Origin: an uncultured Rhodospirillaceae bacterium
Lineage (GTDB): Bacteria; Pseudomonadota; Alphaproteobacteria; MPNO01
NCBI GenBank assembly: GCA_937916005.1
Contig: CALGIA010000296.1
Coordinates: 1 to 36,029, forward strand
Direction of reading: 5' to 3'
Length of the DNA stretch: 36,029 nt
In this document: positions 7,567 through 16,171 of the stretch, one piece after another
Position numbering within the stretch: the stretch's first letter is position 1
Layout: each line of letters starts with the position of its first letter
Notes under the pieces: generated by a model
What the model was told of the DNA's origin: nothing
Seen by the model: only the letters and a program-made list of their open reading frames with translations
The model's database searches: none
Translations under genes and position numbers: made by a program

Positions 7567-9308
7567 GGCGTGGGTTCTCCATTCATTGGGTCGTTATCGG
7601 GGTTGGCCAGATCGGCATCGAACATCGGCATGGCCGGGACGGACCGTACATCTTCCACCTTGGCGCCGGGAAAGGCATCAAGCGCGGCCTGCACCGACGG
7701 ATGGGCGATCGCCTTATCACGATGGGCTCTTTCGGCCACGTCGCGCTGCGCGCCCAGACTGGGTTCCGCCGGAGCATCCTGGTGGATTTCCACCCGCCAG
7801 GACGCCCCGGTCCAGTCGCTGAGCAAACGCCCGAACTGTGCGGCCAGATTGTCGGGCGCGCGCGGCCCCGCCGTCAGCTCGATCAGACCTGGCGCAAAAC
7901 GCACCAGGGCGACTTCCTTCATCAGATGGGCATAGAGCAACATTTCGCCGTGGGTGGCGCAAAGCTGAACAGCCTGCTCGAAAGTCTCCGGCGCGGCCGG
8001 TTCGACCGGCGCGGGCGGTTCGATCGGCGCGGGCGTTGGTTCAGGCGTCGGGGCCGCTTGTTCTATCGGGGCCGGGGCCGTTTGTTCTACCGGCGGCTCG
8101 GACGGTTTCCGGTCCGGTTCGCCACCCGGGCCGGACTCTTCGGATTGCAGCTTCTTCACCATCTCGGCCGGCGTCGGCAGTTCCGCCGCGTAGGCCAGAC
8201 GCACCAGCACCATTTCCGCGGCCTGCTGCGCCGAGGGCGCGACACGGGCCTCGCCGAGGCCCTTGAGCAGCATCTGCCAGGCGCGGGTCAGCGCGGGCAT
8301 GGCCAGACGTTCGGCCATATCACGGCCGCGCCGGCGTTCCACATCCGACACCGCCGCGCTGTCGCCCGATTCGGGCACGATCTTGAGCCGTGTGAGCCAG
8401 TGGGACAGTTCCAGCAGATCCTGCAGCATCACAACCGGGTCGGCCCCCGCGTCATACATGTTATCGGCAATGTCCAGCGCCGCGCCGATATCGCCCTTCA
8501 TCAGCACATCGAACAAATCGAAGATCTGAACCCGGTCAACCAGACCAAGCATGGCGCGCAGCTGGTCTTCATCGACCCCGCCTGCGCCGGAATGGGCAAT
8601 CGCCTGGTCGAGCAGGGACAGACCGTCGCGCACCGAGCCGTCGGCGGCGCGCGCGATCAGCAGCAAGGCTTCCTGGGTGATCCGGGCGTTCTCAAGTCCG
8701 GCGATGCGGGCGAAATGGGCGACCAGCGTATCGGCGTCGACGCGGCGCAGATCGAAGCGCTGACAGCGCGACAGGACCGTGACGGGGACCTTGCGGATTT
8801 CGGTCGTGGCGAAGATGAATTTGACGTGTTCCGGCGGCTCTTCCAGGGTCTTCAGCAGCGCATTGAAGGCATTCTTCGACAGCATATGCACTTCGTCGAT
8901 GATATAGACCTTGTAGCGCGCGGACACCGGCCGGTAGAGCACGCCGTCGATCAGTTCGCGGACATCGTCGACGCCGGTGCGGCTGGCGGCATCCATTTCC
9001 AGCACATCCACGTGGCGGTCGTCGGCGATGGCGCGGCAGTTTTCACATTCGCCGCAGGGGTTGGGGGTCGGGCCGCCATTGTCGTCGGGCCCGGTGCAGT
9101 TCAGCGCGCGGGCAATGATCCGCGCGGTCGAGGTTTTACCCACGCCGCGCACGCCGGTGAGAATAAAGGCATGGGCGAGACGGCCCGAATTGATCGAATT
9201 GGTCAGGGTGCGCACCAGCGCTTCCTGACCGATCAACCCGTCAAAGTTTATCGGCCGGTATTTCCGCGCCAGGACGCGATAGGGAGCTGGGTCGGTCTGG
9301 CCGTTCAT
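7563..9308 (-). CDS. dnaX: DNA polymerase III subunit gamma/tau
   Basis: 581 aa with Walker A GVRGVGKTSTARI, the zinc module CGECENC, the DEVHML box, SRCQRF sensor, and a Pro/Ala-rich linker before the C-terminal tau domain. Confidence 0.95.
   Translation of the reverse strand: MNGQTDPAPYRVLARKYRPINFDGLIGQEALVRTLTNSINSGRLAHAFILTGVRGVGKTSTARIIARALNCTGPDDNGGPTPNPCGECENCRAIADDRHVDVLEMDAASRTGVDDVRELIDGVLYRPVSARYKVYIIDEVHMLSKNAFNALLKTLEEPPEHVKFIFATTEIRKVPVTVLSRCQRFDLRRVDADTLVAHFARIAGLENARITQEALLLIARAADGSVRDGLSLLDQAIAHSGAGGVDEDQLRAMLGLVDRVQIFDLFDVLMKGDIGAALDIADNMYDAGADPVVMLQDLLELSHWLTRLKIVPESGDSAAVSDVERRRGRDMAERLAMPALTRAWQMLLKGLGEARVAPSAQQAAEMVLVRLAYAAELPTPAEMVKKLQSEESGPGGEPDRKPSEPPVEQTAPAPIEQAAPTPEPTPAPIEPPAPVEPAAPETFEQAVQLCATHGEMLLYAHLMKEVALVRFAPGLIELTAGPRAPDNLAAQFGRLLSDWTGASWRVEIHQDAPAEPSLGAQRDVAERAHRDKAIAHPSVQAALDAFPGAKVEDVRSVPAMPMFDADLANPDNDPMNGEPTP
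7989..8091. repeat. Imperfect tandem repeats inside dnaX encoding the P/A-rich tau linker
   Basis: Plus strand has CGGCGCGGCCGGTTCGAC / CGGCGCGGGCGGTTCGAT / CGGCGCGGGCGTTGG..., then GGGGCCGCTTGTTCTATC / GGGGCCGGGGCCGTTTGTTCTACC. These translate on the minus strand to ...PVEQTAPAPIEQAAPTPEPTPAPIEPPAPVEPAAP... Confidence 0.7.
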
Positions 9309-9340
9309 TTCCGCCCGATTCGATCAGATGGTTGGCGAGT

Positions 9341-9438
9341 TGGGAGACTGGAAACGTGACCCGGAAACGGCTCGTTACGGCTGCTTCCTTCCGGACCTGA
9401 CCGGGTTCGCGAACGTTCCGTCCACAACCAGCCTCCCA
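9341..9438 (-). ncRNA. ffs: Signal recognition particle RNA (small/4.5S type)
   Basis: Reverse strand reads UGGGAGGCUGGUUGUGGACGGAACGUUCGCGAACCCGGUCAGGUCCGGAAGGAAGCAGCCGUAACGAGCCGUUUCCGGGUCACGUUUCCAGUCUCCCA. It contains the universally conserved domain IV core GGUCAGGUCCGGAAGGAAGCAGCC, and the termini pair (GGGAGGCUGG/CCAGUCUCCC). Position upstream of dnaX matches known synteny. Confidence 0.9.
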
Positions 9439-9443
9439 GAACC

Positions 9444-9473
9444 ATTATACCAGCTTTCCCACCGCGCACCCAA
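9444..9473 (-). promoter_or_regulatory. Sigma70-type promoter of ffs: TTGGGT-N18-TATAAT
   Basis: Reverse strand has a perfect TATAAT (9449-9444) ending about 6-7 nt before the predicted RNA 5' end. A TTG-containing -35 sits at 9473-9468. Confidence 0.6.
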
Positions 9474-9562
9474 GATTCTTGGGCCTCATTGCGCCCGAAT
9501 TTGCGTCGCCCATTTGCCCCGCCGATTGCATCCAGGGCCGCGCTGTGTCACCTTATCCAGAT

Positions 9563-10474
9563 ATGAAAACGCCAAATCACTATGCGAGCTTTGGCCTTGA
9601 GCGCATGGCCGAGCGCCGGAATGATACGGAATGGCTCGATGCGATGTTTCGCGCCGAGACGACCGTCATATGGCCGCTCTGGCGAGCCAAGAATTTCGTG
9701 CGGCCCGGCGAGGAGCCCCAGGCCGTCACCCTGACATCGCGGGAGGCGCGGACGCTGGTCGATGCGGGCGCGGAACTGCTTTTTGTCGGCCTCACCCACA
9801 GCGTCGCCCATTTCCTGATCGATTTGTCCCACATGGACGAGCCGTCCCGGTCCCCCATACTGGGCGGTCGCGGCGAATTCGTCGAACTGCGCAGCGTGGG
9901 CTCATTCATGTCGCGCGAGACCGGCGGCATGCTGGCCTATGGCAAGGCGATCACCTATTGGCACTCGCGCCATCTGTTCTGTGGCGTGTGCGGCGCGCCG
10001 ACGGAAATGCGCGAAGCCGGCCATCAGCGCGTCTGTTTGAGCCCGGATTGCGGCATTTCCCACTTTCCGCGCACGGACCCGGCCGTGATCATGCTGGTCA
10101 GTTCGGGCGACCGTGTGGTGCTGGGGCGCAAGGCCGAATGGGTCGAAGGCATGTATTCCACCCTGGCCGGTTTCGTCGAGCCTGGCGAAAGCCTGGAAGA
10201 AGCCGTGGCGCGGGAGGTCGAGGAAGAGGTCGGCATCAAGGTCGCCAATGTGCGCTACCATTCGTCGCAGCCCTGGCCGTTTCCGTCATCCCTGATGCTG
10301 GGCTTTTACGCCGACGCCCTGACCGAGGACATCAACCCCAGCATGGATGAGCTGGAAGACGCCCGCTGGTTCACCCGCGCCGAACTGGCCGGAGGCGGCG
10401 CCGGCATTGACCGGCGGCCGCGATCGGATTCCATCGCCCGGCGTCTGATCGCCGAATGGGTCGACCAGGAGTAG
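9563..10474 (+). CDS. nudC: NAD(+) diphosphatase / NADH pyrophosphatase (Nudix, NudC type)
   Basis: Zinc ribbon CGVCGAPTEMREAGHQRVCLSPDCG followed by the Nudix box GFVEPGESLEEAVAREVEEEVG, with a SQPWPFPSSLM motif downstream. I chose the ATG at 9563 (MKTPNHY...) over the ORF-track TTG at 9479. Confidence 0.85.
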   Translation: MKTPNHYASFGLERMAERRNDTEWLDAMFRAETTVIWPLWRAKNFVRPGEEPQAVTLTSREARTLVDAGAELLFVGLTHSVAHFLIDLSHMDEPSRSPILGGRGEFVELRSVGSFMSRETGGMLAYGKAITYWHSRHLFCGVCGAPTEMREAGHQRVCLSPDCGISHFPRTDPAVIMLVSSGDRVVLGRKAEWVEGMYSTLAGFVEPGESLEEAVAREVEEEVGIKVANVRYHSSQPWPFPSSLMLGFYADALTEDINPSMDELEDARWFTRAELAGGGAGIDRRPRSDSIARRLIAEWVDQE

Positions 10475-10488
10475 GGTTTTTCTTTATG

Positions 10489-10529
10489 AAAAAGGCCGTG
10501 GCCGGGTGGGGGAGCGGGCCGGCTACGGC
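10489..10529 (-). terminator. Rho-independent terminator after pheA (possibly bidirectional, also closing nudC)
   Basis: An 11 bp GC-rich stem GCCGTGGCCGG / CCGGCTACGGC (one G-U) with a 13 nt C-rich loop. On the minus strand it is followed by CUUUUUC; on the plus strand an A-tract precedes it. It lies between convergent genes. The large loop lowers confidence. Confidence 0.55.
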
Positions 10530-11384
10530 TCACTTGCCGCGAAACGGATGGGCCGGGTAGGTCCCGAACACGCGGACTTGGTGGGTGAAGAACTTCAACT
10601 CCTCCAACGCCAGCCCCACATTGCGGTCCCGTGGATCGCCTTCGAAATCGGCGAAGAACTGCGACGCCTGGAAATCGCCGCCCACCATGTAGCTTTCCAG
10701 CCTGGTCATGTTGACCCCGTTGGTGGCGAACCCGCCCATGGCCTTGTACAGGGCCGCCGGCACATTGCGCACGCGGAACATGATGGATGTTATCAGCGGT
10801 CCCGCATTGCGTTTCGGATTCACCGCCTTGCGCGCGAAGACCAGGAAACGCGTGGTGTTGTGCTCCGCATCCTCGATATTGGCCTTCAGGGATTTCAACC
10901 CATAGACCTGGCCCGCCAGTTCGGACGCGATGGCGGCTTCGGTCGGGTCGCCGCGCCGGGCAATGTCAGCCGCGGCGCCCGCGGTATCGGCATGCACCAC
11001 CGGTTCCAGCTTCAACTTGCGCAGGAGTTTTCCGCACTGGCCGAGCGCGTGGACATGGCTGTGAACCCGGCGCACGGTTTTCAGCGTCGCCCCCTTGGGC
11101 GCCAGCAGATGATGGTTCACCCGCAGGAAATGTTCGGCAATGACGAACAGCCCGGAATCGGGCATCAGCCTGTGAATATCGGCGACCCGGCCGGCAACCG
11201 AATTTTCGACCGGGATCATGGCATAGCGCGTCTTGCCGTCCCGCACGGCTTCGAACGTGTCTTCAAATGCCGAAGTGGGAAGGGTTTCCATATCCGGGAA
11301 AACCTGGCGACAGGCCAGTTCCGAATAGGCTCCGGGTTGCCCCTGGAAGGCGATCAAATTGGATGGTCTGCGGGAAGTTGCCAT
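10530..11384 (-). CDS. pheA: Prephenate dehydratase
   Basis: 284 aa: IAFQGQPGAYSELA N-terminus, PVENSVAGRV, the HNTTRFLVF (TRF) motif, and a C-terminal ACT-like region. Confidence 0.9.
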   Translation of the reverse strand: MATSRRPSNLIAFQGQPGAYSELACRQVFPDMETLPTSAFEDTFEAVRDGKTRYAMIPVENSVAGRVADIHRLMPDSGLFVIAEHFLRVNHHLLAPKGATLKTVRRVHSHVHALGQCGKLLRKLKLEPVVHADTAGAAADIARRGDPTEAAIASELAGQVYGLKSLKANIEDAEHNTTRFLVFARKAVNPKRNAGPLITSIMFRVRNVPAALYKAMGGFATNGVNMTRLESYMVGGDFQASQFFADFEGDPRDRNVGLALEELKFFTHQVRVFGTYPAHPFRGK

Positions 11385-11401
11385 GATTTCCTACTGGTCT
11401 G

Positions 11402-12151
11402 TCAGGTCTGGTTGGCGATGAGCGCGCGGGCGCGGTCAAGGTCCGCCGGGGTATCCACGCCCAGGGGGACCGTGTCAACCACGGCCACATCGATACGCAT
11501 GCCGTTTTCCAGGGCGCGGAGCTGTTCCAGCCGTTCGCGCTGCTCCAGCACGCCGGGCGGCAGTTGGACGAAACGCGCCAGCGCCGCTCGGCGATAGCCG
11601 TAAATTCCAATGTGATGATACAGCGGTCCAGCGCCGGTCGGCACCGTGGCGCGGCTGAAATAAAGCGCCCGCCCGACAGTCCGGCCCGCCGCCAACCCGA
11701 CCACGGCCTTGACCACGTTCGGGTCATCGCGTTCATCCGGGTCGGTGATTTCCGCCACCAGGGTCGCGATATCCACCCCCGGGTCGTCCAGCGGATCCAG
11801 CACGGCGGCAATCGCCGAGACATCGATGCTGGGCAGATCGCCCTGCAGATTGATCACCACATCATGCCGGCCGTCGGGATCGAATTTCAGCAACGCTTCG
11901 AAGACCCGGTCCGAGCCGCTCGGCAAATCCGGATCGGTCATCACGGCGATACCGCCGGCATCTTCAATGGCCGCCGCGATTCGCTGATCGCCACAGGCCA
12001 CCACCACCGGGCCGATCCCGGCTTCCATGGCGCGGCGCCAGACATGGACGATCATCGGCGCGCCGGAGATATCGGCCATGGGCTTATCGGGCAAGCGCGT
12101 TGCGGCGAGCCGTGCCGGAATGACAACAACAGGGTTGCGGAAACTGGTCAT
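11402..12151 (-). CDS. kdsB: 3-deoxy-manno-octulosonate cytidylyltransferase (CMP-KDO synthetase)
   Basis: 249 aa: [30 protein letters not shown]...[10 protein letters not shown]...NLQGDLP, the typical KdsB signature. It lies 17 nt upstream of pheA. Confidence 0.9.
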   Translation of the reverse strand: MTSFRNPVVVIPARLAATRLPDKPMADISGAPMIVHVWRRAMEAGIGPVVVACGDQRIAAAIEDAGGIAVMTDPDLPSGSDRVFEALLKFDPDGRHDVVINLQGDLPSIDVSAIAAVLDPLDDPGVDIATLVAEITDPDERDDPNVVKAVVGLAAGRTVGRALYFSRATVPTGAGPLYHHIGIYGYRRAALARFVQLPPGVLEQRERLEQLRALENGMRIDVAVVDTVPLGVDTPADLDRARALIANQT

Positions 12152-12310
12152 AATTTGATAACGAACTCGGTAATTATCCGATTGGGGTTCAAATCTGGTC
12201 GCTGTGACACTATAACTCTTGCGCGGCGCGTGGAACGGGCTATCTGTGTCCCGTAAAGCGTGAACATGATCGTCGGTTGCGAGACAGATAGATAGCGGGG
12301 AAGTCGATTA

Positions 12311-12841
12311 ATGTCGTCCATGGAATTCAATAAGGCCGTCGGCGCCGTGTTGCTGGTCGCGCTTGCGGTGATGGTATTCGGGTATATCGGCAATGGCCTG
12401 GTCAAACCCAAATCCCACGAAGCCGCCAAGGTCAAGGTAGCCGCCGCGTCTTCCAGCGGAAAGCACGCCGCCAAGGCAGCGCCGCTTCAGCCGATCAGCC
12501 CCCTGCTGGCGTCGGCGAACGCCGCAAACGGCGCGGTTGTCTACAAGAAATGCGCCGTCTGCCACACATCGGCCAAGGGCGACAAAAACAAGATCGGTCC
12601 GAACCTCTGGAACATCGTCAATGCGCCGCACGCCGGCAAGGCCGGGTTCAAATATTCCGACGGCATGAAGAAGAAACCCGGCAACTGGAATTTTGAAGGC
12701 CTGAATGAATTTCTGCTCAAACCGAAGGACTATGTTCCAGGCACGAAAATGGCTTTCGCCGGACTGAAGAAAGCGAATCAGCGCGCGGATTTGATCCTCT
12801 ATTTAACAAGTCTTTCCGATTCGCCGGCCAAGCTTCCCTAA
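12311..12841 (+). CDS. cycM: Membrane-anchored class I cytochrome c (CycM-like)
   Basis: N-terminal TM helix AVGAVLLVALAVMVFGYIG, then a mitochondrial-type cytochrome c domain with CAVCH...GPNLWNIV...PGTKMAF. Confidence 0.85.
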   Translation: MSSMEFNKAVGAVLLVALAVMVFGYIGNGLVKPKSHEAAKVKVAAASSSGKHAAKAAPLQPISPLLASANAANGAVVYKKCAVCHTSAKGDKNKIGPNLWNIVNAPHAGKAGFKYSDGMKKKPGNWNFEGLNEFLLKPKDYVPGTKMAFAGLKKANQRADLILYLTSLSDSPAKLP

Positions 12842-12983
12842 ATTTTTACCCGCAATTTCAATGGGTTGAGAATCATAATTTCGCGCACACCGTTGATATG
12901 AGCGCAAAATCTTAACGAATTGTAAGGGTTTGATTAACCATATTGGCGCCAACACTCGAACAACAAGAGTATTGGTTGCTGGC

Positions 12984-13469
12984 ATGACCGAAATCAGACA
13001 AATCGACATAACCGACTCCGGCGCAACGGATGTGGAGCGGATTGAAAACCGGCTGGTTGGCCGCGCACTGTCCCATTGGGACGACATGCGCGGCGACCGG
13101 AATTTCCCGGCCTATGAAGATTATGGCGCGCAAGAGACGCCCTATGGCGACGAACATGTTTTCGTCATCAGTATTGGCGACAGTGAGCTTTCCGACGAAA
13201 TCGTGGCGGCCGGTCAAAGGGTTGAAGAAGGTTTTGGCCGCAGCCCGGTCGGGCTCAAGGCGATTGAAGCCATCCCGTCCTCGATCGAAAAAGGCCTGTC
13301 GTTTTGCCGCACGGCGGCCCGGATGAAAAAGCCGATTGCGGATGTCGGTCATTTTTCCAACGCCAAGGGAACCGAAATCTGCTATCGGTCCATCCTGTTA
13401 CCGCTGTCGAGCGATCAGATAAATGTTGATCACATCCTCGGCGCGTTTAGTTTCAAGGTGATGGAGTAA
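12984..13469 (+). CDS. PAS_5-like (PF07310-type) small PAS-domain protein
   Basis: From ATG 12984 (161 aa). The LSHWDDMRGDRNFPAYEDY motif near the N-terminus and YRSILLPLSSDQINVDHILGAF near the C-terminus resemble the alphaproteobacterial stand-alone PAS_5 family. Assignment is from memory of the family pattern only. Confidence 0.5.
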   Translation: MTEIRQIDITDSGATDVERIENRLVGRALSHWDDMRGDRNFPAYEDYGAQETPYGDEHVFVISIGDSELSDEIVAAGQRVEEGFGRSPVGLKAIEAIPSSIEKGLSFCRTAARMKKPIADVGHFSNAKGTEICYRSILLPLSSDQINVDHILGAFSFKVME

Positions 13470-13541
13470 CCGGTATTTTGCCGGTATATTGGATATGCGG
13501 GTTTCTTCCGTCCGCAACCGATTCACAAAAGACTGAGGCTC

Positions 13542-14324
13542 ATGGCTGGGCCGTGCCCTGCAGAATTCATCGAATTGGCCGAACGGCTCGCCGCGGCGAG
13601 CGGCGCCGTGATTCGGAAATATTTTCGCACGCCTTTCGCCGTTGATCACAAATCCGATGCGACGCCCGTGACCGTCGCCGACCGTGAGGCGGAACGCGCC
13701 ATGCGCGACCTGATAACGGCTGCCTACCCGGACCACGGCATCCTGGGCGAGGAACACGGCGTCCATAGGGCCGATGCCGAGTATGTCTGGGTGCTGGATC
13801 CGATCGACGGCACGCGTTCGTTCATTGCGGGAAAGCCGATCTTCGGGACCCTGATCGCCCTGACCCGGAACGGTTCGCCGATTCTGGGCATCATCGATCA
13901 ACCCATAAACGGGGAAAGATGGATCGGCGCGGCGGGCATGAAAACGCTGTTCAACGGCGCGACCGTCACCACGCGGCCCTGTGCGGCCATGGACCAGGCG
14001 ATCCTCAACACCACGTCTCCCGATTTGTTCGAGAACGATGACCGGACCCGGTTCCAGAAAATCGCAGCGGCTAGCCGTGAAGTCCTCTATGGCGGGGATT
14101 GCTACGCCTACGGCCTGGTCGCCCTGGGATTTATCGATCTGGTGGTCGAGGTCGATCTCAAACCCTATGATTACTGCGCCCTCGCGCCGGTGGTCGAAGG
14201 AGCCGGCGGATCGATTACGGATTGGCGCAACCAGAAGCTGACGCTGGGCTCCGACGGCCGCATCGTGGCGTCCGGCGACCCGGCGCTTCACGCCCAGGCG
14301 ATCTCGGTCCTGGGACAGATATGA
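13542..14324 (+). CDS. hisN: Inositol monophosphatase-family protein, probable histidinol-phosphatase
   Basis: 260 aa with IMPase motifs PVTVADREAE, GEEHG and WVLDPIDGT. HisN-like features: GERWIG and RPCAAMDQAILNTTSP. Confidence 0.65.
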   Translation: MAGPCPAEFIELAERLAAASGAVIRKYFRTPFAVDHKSDATPVTVADREAERAMRDLITAAYPDHGILGEEHGVHRADAEYVWVLDPIDGTRSFIAGKPIFGTLIALTRNGSPILGIIDQPINGERWIGAAGMKTLFNGATVTTRPCAAMDQAILNTTSPDLFENDDRTRFQKIAAASREVLYGGDCYAYGLVALGFIDLVVEVDLKPYDYCALAPVVEGAGGSITDWRNQKLTLGSDGRIVASGDPALHAQAISVLGQI

Positions 14325-14347
14325 AGATATCAATGGAGGGACCCGGG

Positions 14348-16171
14348 ATGCGATTGATCATGGCGGCGGCAGTCATCCTCACGCTGACCGCATCGCCCCA
14401 GGCGGCGGAAACGGTCAGCCACGGTTTGACGCTGGTCGGAAAGCTGAAATACAAGGCGGATTTCAAACATCTGGATTATGTGAACCCGGATGCGCCCAAG
14501 GGTGGACGGGTCAAGCTGTACTCCATCGGTTCGTTCGACACGCTCAACCCATTCACCATCAAGGGCGACCCGGCGGCCGGGCTGGGTTTCACCTTCGAAA
14601 CCCTGATGATCTCGCCCGAGGACGAATTATCCGCCGAATACGGCCTGATTGCCGAGACCATAGAAGTGCCGGACGATCTGTCATACGCCACGTTTACACT
14701 GCGCAAATCCGCGCGGTTCCACGACGGCAAACCGATCACCGCCGAGGACGTGATATTCAGCTTCAATCTGTTGCGTGAGAAAGGCCAGCCGTTCTACCGG
14801 TTCTACTACGCCAATATCACCAAGGTGGAAAAGCTCGGGCCCCGGAAGGTCAAGTTTCATTTTTCCGGCCCGCCCAACCGCGAACTGCCCCAGATCACCG
14901 GTCAGTTGCCCGTCCTGGCCAGGCATTACTGGCAGTCCCGCGATTTCAGCAAGACCACGCTGGAACCTCCTGTCGGCAGCGGACCCTACCGCATCGGCAA
15001 GTTCGAACCGGGCCGGTATATCGAATATGAACGGGTCGCCGATTACTGGGGCCGCGATCTGCCGATCCGCAAAGGCGCCTATAATTTCGATGTCATCCGG
15101 TATGATTTTTATCGCGACCAGACCGTTGCGCTGGAAGCCTTCAAAGCCAATGAATATGATTTCCGCCGGGAAGACACATCCAAGGACTGGGCCACCGCCT
15201 ATGATTTTCCCGCGATCAGATCCGGCCATGTATTAAAGCAGGAAGTCGCCCATTCGCGGCCGACCGGCATGTCCGGGTTTCTCTTCAATTTGCGGCGCGA
15301 CAAGTTCCGCGACCCCCACCTGCGCGAGGCGCTGGGCTATGCCTTTGATTTCGAATGGTCCAACAAGAACCTGTTCTATGGTCAATACACCAGGTCGAGC
15401 AGCTACTTCTCCAACTCCGCTCTCGCGGCCACGGGCGCCCCGGGGACGGCGGAACTTGCGCTGCTTGAGCCCTTTCGCGGGCAGGTTCCCGACGGCGTGT
15501 TCGGCCCGGTCTACATGCCGCCCAAATCGGACGGCTCGGGGAAAATCCGCCAAAATCTCCGAAAAGCGGTGCGGCTGCTCAAGCAAGCCGGCTGGCGGAT
15601 CAAGGACAATCGTCTGATCGATCCCAAGTCGGGCAAACCGCTGGAGATCGAGTTTCTGCTGGCGTCGCCTTTGTTCGAGCGCATCCTGACCCCGTTCATC
15701 GGCAATCTCAAACGGCTCGGCGTCTCGGCACGAATCCGCACCGTGGACCCGGCCCAGTATCAGAACCGGATACGGGATTTTGATTTCGACATGACGTTCG
15801 GCGGTTTCGGCCAGTCGGAATCCCCCGGCAATGAACAGCGCGATTTCTGGAGCAGTGCGGCCGCCGGCCGGCCGGGTAGCCGGAACATAATCGGCATCCG
15901 CGACAAGGCGATCGACGCGCTGATCGAAAAAATCGTCGCCGCCAAGGACCGCGACAGCCTGGTGACAGCGACCCGCGCCCTCGACCGGGTGCTGCGCTGG
16001 AGCCATTACCTGATTCCGGGCTGGCACATCAGAAGCGACCGCATCGCCTATTGGAACAAATTCGGACGGCCCGCAAAAACACCCGGATACGGCGTCGGCT
16101 TCTTTAGCTGGTGGATCGACCCGGCCAGGGAAAAAGCCCTGGAAAACTCCCGCCGGGCCGGCAAAAAGTGA
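14348..16171 (+). CDS. yejA: ABC transporter substrate-binding protein, family 5, YejA-like (peptide / microcin C type uptake), copy 1
   Basis: GGAGG lies 8 nt before ATG 14348. Signal peptide MRLIMAAAVILTLTASPQA/AE. The mature protein HGLTLVGKLKYK...[11 protein letters not shown]... is typical of YejA. Alternative starts at 14321/14333; 14321 overlaps the hisN stop. Confidence 0.85.
   Translation: MRLIMAAAVILTLTASPQAAETVSHGLTLVGKLKYKADFKHLDYVNPDAPKGGRVKLYSIGSFDTLNPFTIKGDPAAGLGFTFETLMISPEDELSAEYGLIAETIEVPDDLSYATFTLRKSARFHDGKPITAEDVIFSFNLLREKGQPFYRFYYANITKVEKLGPRKVKFHFSGPPNRELPQITGQLPVLARHYWQSRDFSKTTLEPPVGSGPYRIGKFEPGRYIEYERVADYWGRDLPIRKGAYNFDVIRYDFYRDQTVALEAFKANEYDFRREDTSKDWATAYDFPAIRSGHVLKQEVAHSRPTGMSGFLFNLRRDKFRDPHLREALGYAFDFEWSNKNLFYGQYTRSSSYFSNSALAATGAPGTAELALLEPFRGQVPDGVFGPVYMPPKSDGSGKIRQNLRKAVRLLKQAGWRIKDNRLIDPKSGKPLEIEFLLASPLFERILTPFIGNLKRLGVSARIRTVDPAQYQNRIRDFDFDMTFGGFGQSESPGNEQRDFWSSAAAGRPGSRNIIGIRDKAIDALIEKIVAAKDRDSLVTATRALDRVLRWSHYLIPGWHIRSDRIAYWNKFGRPAKTPGYGVGFFSWWIDPAREKALENSRRAGKK

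Noticed and set aside
7563-9308. Possible programmed -1 frameshift site in dnaX, as in E. coli
   Set aside because: Scanning the gene (as runs of T on the + strand) found no A AAA AAG-like heptamer or long A-run, so the sequence gives no support.
7701-9359. 552 aa ORF on the + strand opposite dnaX
   Set aside because: It is antisense to a full-length, motif-complete dnaX. The product is Arg/Gly-rich with no recognisable domain, and it would also run through the SRP RNA gene.
12190-12215. tRNA-like GGTTCAAATC segment in the kdsB-cycM intergenic region
   Set aside because: The flanking bases (TGGGG / CTGGT) cannot form a T-arm stem, and no acceptor or anticodon arms can be drawn. It is a chance match to the T-loop.
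12236-12296. 8 nt inverted repeat CTATCTGT ... ACAGATAG separated by about 45 nt upstream of cycM
   Set aside because: It is too short and too widely spaced to distinguish from chance, and no regulator context is visible.
12911-12925. CtrA-box-like TTAA-N7-TAAG upstream of the PAS_5-like gene
   Set aside because: It has one mismatch to TTAA-N7-TTAA in an AT-rich stretch where such matches are expected by chance, with no second site or supporting context.
13398-14333. 311 aa minus-strand ORF opposite the hisN-like gene; similar cases at 15233-16252, 18032-18964, 19119-19940, 20396-21274, 24312-25295, 31662-32549 and 34285-35454
   Set aside because: Each is antisense to a gene with clear family motifs, and the translations are low complexity. 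There is no independent evidence of coding.
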